From an uncultured Gammaproteobacteria bacterium (GTDB lineage: Bacteria > Patescibacteriota > Patescibacteriia > CAZSQN01), in the NCBI GenBank assembly GCA_964609095.1, contig CAZSQN010000002.1:12633-76632 (forward strand): DNA of 64,000 nucleotides. The letters run 5' to 3'. The first letter of the stretch is position 1. Every line of letters begins with the position of its first letter. Both the position numbers and the translations under genes were made by a program. Below, one piece after another: positions 39,407-47,803 of the stretch. The notes under the pieces were generated by a model. The model saw only the letters and a program-made list of their open reading frames with translations. It was not told where the DNA came from and ran no database searches.

Positions 39407-39460
39407 TTTCCGCCTTAAAAAACAACAAAAACGCCCTTTGGGGGCGTTCTCTGTTTAATC

Positions 39461-39835
39461 TTATTTCTTCTTCAAATTAAGGCAGACGGAGTTCATGCAA
39501 TAGCGTTTGCCGGTTTTGGTGGGACCGTCATCAAAAAGATGTCCCAGGTGCGAGCCGCATTTGGCGCAAACAACCTCGGTGCGCTCCATTCCTCCGCTTA
39601 AATCCTTTTGAAACTTCACCGCTCCTGGAAGCGCCTCGTCAAAGCTCGGCCAGCCCGTACCAGAGTCAAACTTGGTATCGGAGGAAAACAAAGGGTTACC
39701 GCAAGCAGCGCACATATAAGTGCCACTTCCCTTTTCATGCACATACTTGCCTGTAAACGGCGCTTCCGTTCCCTTCTCCCGCATAATCTTATACTGCTCC
39801 GGAGTTAAAACCTCTTTCCAATTCTTTTGAATCAT
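39461..39835 (-). CDS. msrB: peptide-methionine (R)-S-oxide reductase
   Basis: CAACGNPLF...GWPSF and [16 protein letters not shown] zinc/catalytic motifs. Confidence 0.9.
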   Translation of the reverse strand: MIQKNWKEVLTPEQYKIMREKGTEAPFTGKYVHEKGSGTYMCAACGNPLFSSDTKFDSGTGWPSFDEALPGAVKFQKDLSGGMERTEVVCAKCGSHLGHLFDDGPTKTGKRYCMNSVCLNLKKK

Positions 39836-39885
39836 AACGCGAATAATTTTATTTATGCCAATATCACGCGAATATGCGAATATCG

Positions 39886-40272
39886 CTATTCGGAAACTGA
39901 CGGATTGACAATCCTCTTAATATGTAAAGATTTCTGATTAAAGTTCGCCAAGAGCACGAGTTTGCGTTGCGCGGCTGTCTGATACCTCCGTGCTTGAAAA
40001 TAATCTTCACGACTAACAAATCTTTTGGCCTTAATCTCCAATATAATCTTATCGTCAATCAGAAAATCAACTCTGTTTCTTCCTGGTACTTCGCCCTCAA
40101 ATGACTCGGCTAATCTTAATTCTCGCTTATAGGGTATTTCGAGCTTCTTTAGCCACCCCTCTATCCGGTCGCAGTATTGCTTCTCATTGCAGAATCGCCC
40201 CAATTCATTGTGGGTAGCGAATAGAACGCCGTTAATGCGATAAGACAGTTCAGGATAAATCACTTTATTCAT
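39886..40272 (-). CDS. GxxExxY family protein (PD-(D/E)XK-like fold)
   Basis: [25 protein letters not shown]...[18 protein letters not shown] matches the GxxExxY / DUF4433-unrelated PD-DExK small-protein pattern. Confidence 0.7.
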   Translation of the reverse strand: MNKVIYPELSYRINGVLFATHNELGRFCNEKQYCDRIEGWLKKLEIPYKRELRLAESFEGEVPGRNRVDFLIDDKIILEIKAKRFVSREDYFQARRYQTAAQRKLVLLANFNQKSLHIKRIVNPSVSE

Positions 40273-40318
40273 AGTATTCGCATATTAGCGTCATTCGCAT
40301 CCATTCGCAAGATTCGCG

Positions 40319-40861
40319 TTATGCCTTTAGCAAGGCGCTGAATTTTTCTTTTGCCTTTTTAAGCTTGGGATTGATTACTACCTGGCAATAGGGCTTGTCT
40401 TTATTCTTTTCGTAATAATCGTGATGATAATCTTCCGCTTCGTAAAACTTTTCTAACGGTTTCACTTCGGTCACAATCGGTTTGCCGTCCTCGCTTGATT
40501 CGTTTAATTCTTTTATATAATCCTCGGCCAGCTTTTTCTGCTCCGGCGCGGTGTAGAGAATAATGGAGCGGTACTGCTCGCCCACATCATTCCCCTGCCT
40601 GTTTAAAGTCGTGGGGTCATGCGTGCCAAAAAACACTGCCAGCAAATCATTAAACGAAATTGCCTGCGGGTCAAATTCAATTTTTATCGCTTCCGCGTGG
40701 CCCGTCACTCCTCCGCTTACCTCCTCGTAAGACGGGTCCGGCATAGTTCCACCGGCATAGCCGGGCACAACCGACTTCACGCCTTTGAGCATTTTAAATA
40801 TCGCCTCGGTGCACCAGAAACATCCTCCGCCGAATACCGCTGTTTCCATTTTGTTTTCCAT
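40319..40861 (-). CDS. msrA: peptide-methionine (S)-S-oxide reductase
   Basis: [15 protein letters not shown] active-site motif; the start may be the internal Met at 40849. Confidence 0.9.
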   Translation of the reverse strand: MENKMETAVFGGGCFWCTEAIFKMLKGVKSVVPGYAGGTMPDPSYEEVSGGVTGHAEAIKIEFDPQAISFNDLLAVFFGTHDPTTLNRQGNDVGEQYRSIILYTAPEQKKLAEDYIKELNESSEDGKPIVTEVKPLEKFYEAEDYHHDYYEKNKDKPYCQVVINPKLKKAKEKFSALLKA

Positions 40862-41130
40862 ATTTAATGTGGATATGTGCCCTTTTGACCAAAAACCGCT
40901 TTAATGTTATATTATTTGTATCACCACGAAGAAGACCCTTATGCGGCTCGTCCGCATTGGGGGCTTTTTTAAATAGACATAATTTTTTTGCTTTGATTTT
41001 TCTATACCTACCTATTTTATTCCCCAAACTCTGCGGAGTCAAAATATTGACTTTGCCATTATGCTCTGATAAGGTGCAGACGCAGTTCCTTTAAATCAAC
41101 CCGGAACAACAACCGAATAAGGAGGCAGAG

Positions 41131-42114
41131 ATGGTGCGAATTAATGAAGAACAAGTCAAACGAGTTGCCGAATTTTTGAAAGCAAATCCGCCCAAAACCA
41201 CGCCGCTCAATTTCTACAGCGTCGTTGGCAAATCTGGCGAGGTGATCGTCCTGGACAAGATGTATCCGCCGCTTGGCCACCCGAACGCGGTTGATTACTT
41301 TTTCTTCGCCTGCCTGCACCAGTACGGATTCTGGTACGACGACAGCCACGGCTACAACCGGCCGATGGTCGGCGTGCTTGGAGGGAAAGAGCTTAAGGGT
41401 TCTGACCTTTTGTGGACGCTTTTCCGCAGGGCTTTTGAGAGTAATCCCGAATTCTTCACTCCGCAATTCCTTTCCCGCATCTCTCCGCGCGAACTTACAG
41501 AAATATTCTTCAAGGATGATGTCGGCACACAGTGGCCGGATTTTGACCAGCGCTTCGCTTTGACCAGAGGATATGGCCAAGGGCTACATATGGGAACCAG
41601 TCCGGTTGAATATGTTGATTGGGCAAATAATAATCAGCAGCCTATCAAGCAGTTCATTAATGTGGTAAGCGGGCTCACCGGATACAACGGCGATCGTTTT
41701 AACAAAAAAGCTACGCTGCTCGCTATGGCGCTTGCCAATAGGCCGGAGCAATTCCTCAAGGTAAAAGACTCGGGGGAATGGAACCCGATCGTGGACTACC
41801 ACTTGATGCGAGTGGCTCTGCGCCTGGGACTGGTTGATCTTGAAGCTGTCGCTGGAACAGTAAAGAAAATTTCTGGAAGAAGATGGGTAGCATCTATTGA
41901 AGAGGAAGCTATCCGCGAAGAGGTGTTTCGAGCCATGCAAAAAGTGATCGCGCAATCCGGACTTTCCATGTCCGCAATTGATGTGACCTTCTGGCTGGCC
42001 AGAAAGTACTGTCCGGAGATGAGCGAGCCCGATTGCGAGAAGTGCATGTTCAACTCCGTCTGCGAACATCGCGTAGGGCTCTTTCAGCCGGTGTTCCGAA
42101 CCACATCTTACTAA
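41131..42114 (+). CDS. hypothetical protein with C-terminal four-cysteine C-x7-C-x2-C-x5-C cluster reminiscent of the HhH-GPD glycosylase [4Fe-4S] loop
   Basis: 327 aa; CPEMSEPDCEKCMFNSVCEH at the C-terminus; no firm family assignment. Confidence 0.45.
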   Translation: MVRINEEQVKRVAEFLKANPPKTTPLNFYSVVGKSGEVIVLDKMYPPLGHPNAVDYFFFACLHQYGFWYDDSHGYNRPMVGVLGGKELKGSDLLWTLFRRAFESNPEFFTPQFLSRISPRELTEIFFKDDVGTQWPDFDQRFALTRGYGQGLHMGTSPVEYVDWANNNQQPIKQFINVVSGLTGYNGDRFNKKATLLAMALANRPEQFLKVKDSGEWNPIVDYHLMRVALRLGLVDLEAVAGTVKKISGRRWVASIEEEAIREEVFRAMQKVIAQSGLSMSAIDVTFWLARKYCPEMSEPDCEKCMFNSVCEHRVGLFQPVFRTTSY

Positions 42115-42218
42115 ATCCAAAAACGCTCCGAATACAATCGGAGCATTTTTATTTGCCCGCTCGATGCGGGCATCCCGCTAACTTTGCGTCATATAAGTGA
42201 ATAGCGGGATTTACATTT

Positions 42219-43442
42219 TTATACGAAAGTCAGGGCAATGCCTCTGGCATCGCCGCGGCCGGTGCGACCGATGCGGTGGATGTAGTCCTCGTAGGTCTCC
42301 GGCAAGTCATAGTTAATCACGTGGCTAACGGCCGGAATATCCAGTCCGCGCGCGGCCACGTCTGTTGCCACCAGCGCCTGAATACGCCCTTCCTTAAAAA
42401 GTCCCAAGGCCTTTTGGCGCTGTCCAAGGGTCTTGTTTCCGTGAATCGCCTCGGCCTTAAACCCGCGCTTATCCAAAACAATGGCGAGCTTTTGAACTCC
42501 ATGCTTGGTTCTGCCGAAAATAAGAACTTTCTTAAACTCCGGCTTTATCAAAAGATTATGCAATGCTCCGAGCTTGTCGCCGCCACCCACGCGGATAACG
42601 TCCTGGTCAATGTTGTCGGCTGTCTCGCGCGTTTTAACGGAGATAGTAACCGGTTCGCGCAAAAACTCTCCGATAAGCTTCTCCACTTCCTTGGTAATGG
42701 TGGCGGAAAAGAAAAGCGTGTGGCGCGAGCCCGGAAGGCGGGACATAAGCAAGCGCATATCTCCAATAAATCCCATATCCAGCATCCTGTCAGCTTCGTC
42801 CAAAACAACGGTGTTTATGCCCATCAAATTAATGGCGCGCCTGTTTATCAAATCCTTGATTCTGCCCGGAGTGCCGATAAAAAAATGATTGTTGTACCTT
42901 AATTCGCGGAGCTGGTTGCCGATGTTCACGCCTCCGACCAAACAGACGGAAGAAATTCCCATACGGGGAGTAAATCCTCTAAGCTCCTGGTTTATCTGAA
43001 TGGCAAGTTCGCGGGTCGGTACGACAATAATCACCTTTTCGCTCGGCTTTGCCAAGACCTTGTTTATAAGCGGAATAAGGAAGGCGGCTGTTTTGCCGGT
43101 TCCGGTATTCGCGATTCCCACCACATCCTCGCCGAGCAGTATGTGCGGTATAATGCGGTCCTGAATCGGAGTCGGGACGCTGTAACCCTTGGCCGCGATG
43201 TTTTCCTTAAGGCGCGGATGAATGGCAAATTCGCCGAAGGTGTGTTCGGGTATATAATGCCTTTCCGTTTCTTCTACCACCACGGCTTTATTGATGAAAG
43301 AATTTATGTCCAGGTGTCCTCCGCGGCTGCCGCGGTTGGCCGGCCTGTTATGGCTCACGCCTCCCCGAGAATGGCCTCCAAATCTTCCTTTGGAACCCCC
43401 TCCGCCATGGCGGCTGCGTCCGAAATTTTGTTTATGATACAT
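42219..43442 (-). CDS. DEAD-box ATP-dependent RNA helicase with Gly/Arg-rich N-terminal tail
   Basis: motifs ANTGTGKTAAF, PTRELA, DEAD (VLDEADRMLDMGF), SAT, ARGLD and HRIGRTGR. Confidence 0.9.
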   Translation of the reverse strand: MYHKQNFGRSRHGGGGSKGRFGGHSRGGVSHNRPANRGSRGGHLDINSFINKAVVVEETERHYIPEHTFGEFAIHPRLKENIAAKGYSVPTPIQDRIIPHILLGEDVVGIANTGTGKTAAFLIPLINKVLAKPSEKVIIVVPTRELAIQINQELRGFTPRMGISSVCLVGGVNIGNQLRELRYNNHFFIGTPGRIKDLINRRAINLMGINTVVLDEADRMLDMGFIGDMRLLMSRLPGSRHTLFFSATITKEVEKLIGEFLREPVTISVKTRETADNIDQDVIRVGGGDKLGALHNLLIKPEFKKVLIFGRTKHGVQKLAIVLDKRGFKAEAIHGNKTLGQRQKALGLFKEGRIQALVATDVAARGLDIPAVSHVINYDLPETYEDYIHRIGRTGRGDARGIALTFV

Positions 43443-43610
43443 ATACGGTTAAGATTAGTCTCGCGCGTCTTAATCTGGAGATTAATCCTCCGTATAGTCA
43501 AAACGAATGAGATATCTATTAAGAAAGTAGAATACCATAAAAATGGCTGTTTGTCAAACGCCGCCACCCAAAACGAACAAATAAAAACAGCCCCATAAGG
43601 GCTATTTCAG

Positions 43611-43684
43611 TGGCTGCCGGGGTAGGGATCGAACCTACATACTGGGATTCAAAGTCCCATGTCCTACCATTAGACGACCCGGCA
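43611..43684 (-). tRNA. tRNA-Gln (anticodon UUG)
   Basis: cloverleaf read by eye: acceptor UGCCGGG/CCCGGCA, anticodon stem-loop UGGGA-cuUUGaa-UCCCA, T-arm GTAGG-TTCGATC-CCTAC, 3' GCCA. Confidence 0.7.
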
Positions 43685-43907
43685 ACATTTACATATTCCT
43701 TTTACCCACCCATTTATTTTTCTATTTAAAACGGAACTTTTTTTAATATTTATCCTGACAAGACCATAATAATTATCTCCTATACTCTTTCGCATTGTTT
43801 TTTATTTTACTCTTCTTAAAATACACGATAAACACATTTGAATCAAGATTGTGAATCTTACATATAAAAACTCTCCCCAAAGGGAGTTTTCGGTTTTCAA
43901 GTTATTT

Positions 43908-44822
43908 TTACACCTTCAAATACCGCCCGACGGCCATGCCGGCAATGCCCATCGGCAGGAGTATGGCGCCGGATAGCTGCGCGCCAAAGATAACCAAACC
44001 GTTTTGGCGGAAATAAAACGCCAAATCAATGGCGCCGCTGCCGAAAAATTTAGCTAAAAACGGCTGAAGCGCGCCAACCGCCGGCAAAACAATCGCCACG
44101 GCGGCGAACATTGCCAAAACTCCGGCAAATGCCGCCTCTATTAAAAACGGCGCTCGCACAAACCAGTCGGAAGCGCCGACCAGCTTCATAATCCCTATTT
44201 CTTCGCGCCGCGTATAAATAGCCACCCGGACGCTATTGACCACGATAAGCATGACGATCAAAGCAAAAATCAGGGAAAGCGCGAGCGCGCTTCTTTTGAG
44301 CTTGGCAGTAACCGAGGTCAGCTTTTCTATAAGCGTCCGATGGTCCTCAAAACTCTTTTCCAAAATCGCGTCTTTATAAGCCGGATTATCCAGAGAACTT
44401 AAAATCGCCTCGTATTCTTTGGGGTCGCTCGCCTTGACAATCAAGGACGCGCCCAAAGGATTGGCGCCGACCTCATCAAGCGAAGCAAGTATGGCCGGAT
44501 CGTCTTTGTGCCGCTCGCGGAATTTTTGCAAAGCCAGATCGCGGCCGACAAACTGCACATCCTTGACGGCTTTTCTGTCCATTAAGAAGGTTCTGGCGGA
44601 GAGCACGATGTCGTCGGAGATATCCGTTTTAAAATAAACAATGACATCAACGCGGTCTTCAACCATTTTAATCGCCTTCGCGCCGATGACATTAAGCGCG
44701 AAAAGCAGGTTCACCGAAATCAAAGTAAGCGTCATGATTGAGGTGGTGGCGAGCGAAAGCCAGATGTTGCGGCGGAAATTTTGCCCGGCGAATTTAAATA
44801 CGCGGAAAAACATAAAAATCAA
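43908..44822 (-). CDS. ftsX: cell division ABC transporter permease FtsX
   Basis: 304 aa; 4 TM segments with a large extracytoplasmic loop after TM1; overlaps ftsE by 4 bp. Confidence 0.8.
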   Translation of the reverse strand: MIFMFFRVFKFAGQNFRRNIWLSLATTSIMTLTLISVNLLFALNVIGAKAIKMVEDRVDVIVYFKTDISDDIVLSARTFLMDRKAVKDVQFVGRDLALQKFRERHKDDPAILASLDEVGANPLGASLIVKASDPKEYEAILSSLDNPAYKDAILEKSFEDHRTLIEKLTSVTAKLKRSALALSLIFALIVMLIVVNSVRVAIYTRREEIGIMKLVGASDWFVRAPFLIEAAFAGVLAMFAAVAIVLPAVGALQPFLAKFFGSGAIDLAFYFRQNGLVIFGAQLSGAILLPMGIAGMAVGRYLKV

Positions 44823-45511
44823 ATAACGTATTTTCCCTCTTCGTGATCGGCGACAATTTGGCCTCCGTCTAAAGTAAGCACCCGCTTTTTAAGCGCGTTG
44901 ACCACTTCGCGGTTGTGAGTGACAAGCAGGACGGTTGTGCCAAATTCATTAATTTTGGTTAAAAGGGAAATAATATCTTTGGTGTTCAACGTGTCTAAAT
45001 TGCCGGTTGGCTCATCCGCCACCAAAATTTTTGGGCGATGGACCAAAGAGCGCGCCACCACCACTCTTTGCGCCTCGCCGCCGGAGAGCTGTCTGGGGTA
45101 TCTGTCCGCTTTGCCGTCCACGCCCACAATGCGCAAAACCTGCGGAACTATCTGCTTGATCGCGCTTCCGGAGACGCCGCACACCTCCAGCGCGAAAGCC
45201 ACATTTTCAAAAACGGTTTTTTGCGGCAAGAGCTTAAAGTCCTGAAAAACAACGCCGATTTGCCGCCGCAAAATCGGAATTTCGCGCGGCCTGATGCGGG
45301 TGATGTCCCATCCGCCCACGACAATAGAGCCGTGCGTCGGCCGCTCTTCCGCGATCAGAAGTTTGACCAAGGTTGTTTTGCCGGTGCCGCTTGCGCCGAC
45401 AATGGATATAAATTCGCCCGGCCTGACGCGCAAAGTAATATTTTGCACGCCGACCGTATGCGGATGATAAACCTTGGAAACGCTTTTAAAATTAATTATT
45501 GCGTCGTTCAT
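44819..45511 (-). CDS. ftsE: cell division ABC transporter ATP-binding protein FtsE
   Basis: Walker A GASGTGKTTLVKLL, ABC signature [15 protein letters not shown], Walker B ILVADEPTGNLD. Confidence 0.9.
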   Translation of the reverse strand: MNDAIINFKSVSKVYHPHTVGVQNITLRVRPGEFISIVGASGTGKTTLVKLLIAEERPTHGSIVVGGWDITRIRPREIPILRRQIGVVFQDFKLLPQKTVFENVAFALEVCGVSGSAIKQIVPQVLRIVGVDGKADRYPRQLSGGEAQRVVVARSLVHRPKILVADEPTGNLDTLNTKDIISLLTKINEFGTTVLLVTHNREVVNALKKRVLTLDGGQIVADHEEGKYVI

Positions 45512-45544
45512 CTTTTTCTGGTATTATCTCAATTTGAATAATAC

Positions 45545-45615
45545 GCGGGTGTAGTATAGTGGTAGTACGCGACCTTCCCAAGGTTGTGGTGTGGGTTCGA
45601 TTCCCATCACCCGCT
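45545..45615 (+). tRNA. tRNA-Gly (anticodon CCC)
   Basis: acceptor GCGGGTG/CACCCGC, anticodon loop uuCCCaa, T-arm GTGGG-TTCGATT-CCCAT; no encoded CCA. Confidence 0.75.
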
Positions 45616-45737
45616 TAGATCTTACGGGAATCGAAGGACGCGAGATAAACCGAGCTGGCGCAGGTTTTGGCGCGCAGCGTCCAGGCTCGAGTCGGAGCGA
45701 GAGGATTCCCATCACCCGCTTAGATTTTACGGGAATC
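45599..45737 (+). repeat. tRNA-Gly 3'-end direct duplication (34-bp DR at 45599-45632 and 45704-45737) bracketing a conserved 71-bp insert
   Basis: DR = GATTCCCATCACCCGCTTAGAT(C/T)TTACGGGAATC, comprising the tRNA 3' 16 nt plus 17 nt of downstream hairpin; the insert ends ...CCAGGCTCGAGTCGGAGCGAGAGG and is homologous to the insert at the tRNA-Lys locus. Confidence 0.6.
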
Positions 45738-45755
45738 CGCTCCAAAACTTTGTAA

Positions 45756-45831
45756 GCCGATGTAGCTCAGCTGGTAGAGCAGCGCTTTCGTAAAGCGAAG
45801 GTCGCCGGTTCGATCCCGGCCATCGGCTCCA
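45756..45831 (+). tRNA. tRNA-Thr (anticodon CGU), CCA encoded
   Basis: GCCGATGTAGCTCAGCTGGTAGAGCAGCGCTTTCGTAAAGCGAAGGTCGCCGGTTCGATCCCGGCCATCGGCTCCA, closely resembling canonical bacterial tRNA-Thr(CGU). Confidence 0.8.
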
Positions 45832-45863
45832 GAAAAACGCTTTATTTATTACATGGCGTTTTT

Positions 45864-46538
45864 TTATTTTCCAAAAAACCTTATAACGTTCAGCTTTGAA
45901 ATCTTGCCGTTTAAGGCAACCTCCAATTCGGCTGAACTGCCGTAAGCCGCCAACAGTTTTTCTTCAAGCAAAAGATACAAAAGCGCCCGTTCGCTAAATG
46001 TGCCGGCATCCCAGCCGTAAAGATCCTTCAAAAGCGCTTCCGCCTCTTCTTTGGTGCCGACTTGAGAAATTACTTTTTGCAATTCTCCGCCAAGCTCGTC
46101 GCGCGCCACCCGCAAATTTTTTTCTTTAGCCGCGGCCCGCAGGGCAAGATTGCGGACCATGCGGTCCATTACGGCTTTTTCCAAAATCCCTTCCTCCGGC
46201 TTGGGCAAGCCGGTCGCCTCTTCCTGCCGCAAATAATATCGTTCCAGCGCCGAAAGATCCTTTAAATAATCCGAATATAAAATGACCTGCCACTTGGCCA
46301 GACCGGCCGGATACGGGATTCCGTTAGACCAAAATTGGATAAATCTTCCCCGGGCGCCTTTGGCATAAATGCCAACGCCGACGCCGGCGGTTAAAAGAAA
46401 AAAAACTCCCAAGAGAGCAAGCAGCAGCCGGGTTAAAAAATTTTTCCCCGGCATTTTTAAAAACGGCCGGCAGCGCTGAAGTCCCGACTTAAGTCCCGAA
46501 TCGCAAATGGCTAAAATCTGTCTAAGTTGTGTTTTCAT
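45864..46538 (-). CDS. membrane-anchored SurA-N/PpiD-N-like chaperone-domain protein (tentative)
   Basis: 224 aa; N-terminal TM then a helical domain with the SDYLKDLSALERYYLRQ...AVMDRMVRNLAL pattern seen in SurA N-terminal domains. Confidence 0.4.
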   Translation of the reverse strand: MKTQLRQILAICDSGLKSGLQRCRPFLKMPGKNFLTRLLLALLGVFFLLTAGVGVGIYAKGARGRFIQFWSNGIPYPAGLAKWQVILYSDYLKDLSALERYYLRQEEATGLPKPEEGILEKAVMDRMVRNLALRAAAKEKNLRVARDELGGELQKVISQVGTKEEAEALLKDLYGWDAGTFSERALLYLLLEEKLLAAYGSSAELEVALNGKISKLNVIRFFGK

Positions 46539-46567
46539 ACCCCGTAAAAAATAAAATTTTATAAAGA

Positions 46568-47041
46568 TTATATCGCAGATTTAACAGGACGGCGCGAGTC
46601 GCGCTCATCTTTAAGCGCCCCAAACCGCTCATGGTCAAAAAAATAATACCACCATCTTTTGGCGTTCCGGCCGCGCGATGCCTGCTTTTCGCCAAGTTCG
46701 CTTTTAGAAACGTTTGCCGCGCCCGCCGGAAAGCCCAAAACCGTGACCGTCTCGCCCGGTTTCTGCAATCCGAGCTTTAGCCGCGCCTCTCTTTCCACAA
46801 ATTCTTCATTTGACAGTTCGCGCGACAATTCCAAAATCTCCAAATTCCTCCGTTCCAGCCGCCGCGTTTCCTCTTCCAGCCGCGCGATTTCGTTCTTAAT
46901 CTCATTGCGCTTGCGCCATTCGCCCATTATCCGTACGCCGAGAAAAATCGCCAAACCGATAAAAACAACTAAAATAATCCCCGGTCGCAATTTTGATTTT
47001 TTGCTATTTTTTATTTCATTCCCCATACTTAACAGTACCAA
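46568..47041 (-). CDS. FtsB/DivIC-like septum formation initiator (TM plus coiled coil)
   Basis: 157 aa; TM helix followed by IKNEIARLEEETRRLERRNLEILELSRELSNEEFVEREAR. Confidence 0.45.
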   Translation of the reverse strand: MVLLSMGNEIKNSKKSKLRPGIILVVFIGLAIFLGVRIMGEWRKRNEIKNEIARLEEETRRLERRNLEILELSRELSNEEFVEREARLKLGLQKPGETVTVLGFPAGAANVSKSELGEKQASRGRNAKRWWYYFFDHERFGALKDERDSRRPVKSAI

Positions 47042-47066
47042 GAGAGCTTATTTCAGGCAACCGGAC

Positions 47067-47714
47067 TTATTCCCTTTTTTCGCCCTCTATCAGCTCTTCA
47101 GCGCGGCGGCGCAGCTCTCCGAGAGAAGCCGCGGATAATTTATCCAAATACGCCCTAAGCAAAATTTTTGTCTGGTCTTCCGTCAGGGCGCCGTCAGAGG
47201 GCGGCGCGTCTTCGCGAAAACCGCGCTGGATTTCCAAAAGCAGTTCCCTTACCCGATCCGGATTCCTGACCCATTTCCATTGAAAATTGGTGGCTCCTCC
47301 GATGGTGCGCACCGTTATAGTGCCGATAGAAAGCAGCATCCCCAGGGGGCCTTTCAGGCGAAAAGAAACATCGTGGATATTGCCAAGCGGCAGTTCTGAA
47401 ACAATCCTGTCAAAGATGCCGCGCCGCTCAACATCAATCAGCCGTTCGTTAGTGACCACATACATATTTCCATAACGGCCGATGCCGACGCGGATTAAAA
47501 AATATTTCGCGCCCATAAGCAGCAAGATAAAAACAATCACGCCGGGCAGGCGCAATCTGAACAAAGGATAAAGGAAAAAAAAGGCCGCGAACAGGAAAAA
47601 GAGGGCGCCTAAAATACTGCCGGTAAAAGCAAAAAATGTCGGGTGCACCAGCGCGACCAAATCTTCATCCTCTTTAAGATTAAGATATTTTGGAATCTTG
47701 TTTCCGCCGAACAT
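47067..47714 (-). CDS. bacterial PH (YdbT/YdbS-like) domain membrane protein
   Basis: two TM helices then YVVTNERLIDVERRGIFDRIVSELPLGNIHDVSF, typical of the bPH_2 domain. Confidence 0.5.
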   Translation of the reverse strand: MFGGNKIPKYLNLKEDEDLVALVHPTFFAFTGSILGALFFLFAAFFFLYPLFRLRLPGVIVFILLLMGAKYFLIRVGIGRYGNMYVVTNERLIDVERRGIFDRIVSELPLGNIHDVSFRLKGPLGMLLSIGTITVRTIGGATNFQWKWVRNPDRVRELLLEIQRGFREDAPPSDGALTEDQTKILLRAYLDKLSAASLGELRRRAEELIEGEKRE

Positions 47715-47715
47715 T

Positions 47716-47803
47716 AGTTTAGGGTTTAGGGTTTAGGGTTTAGGGTTTAGTTTTCTAAATCACTATACCCTCTACCCTGTCCCCTATACCCTCAATAAAT
47801 TGC
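47716..47803. repeat. telomere-like palindromic element: (GGGTTTA)5 - spacer - (CCCT[AC]TA)4
   Basis: G-rich half GTTTAGGGTTTAGGGTTTAGGGTTTAGGGTTTAG and C-rich half CTATACCCTCTACCCTGTCCCCTATACCCTC can pair through GGG:CCC tracts; located between two co-directional minus-strand genes. Confidence 0.6.

Noticed and set aside
45524-45793. ORFs 45524..45745 (-) and 45584..45793 (+)
   Set aside because: They overlap tRNA-Gly, the direct repeats and tRNA-Thr. They translate structured RNA/repeat DNA and are not genes.
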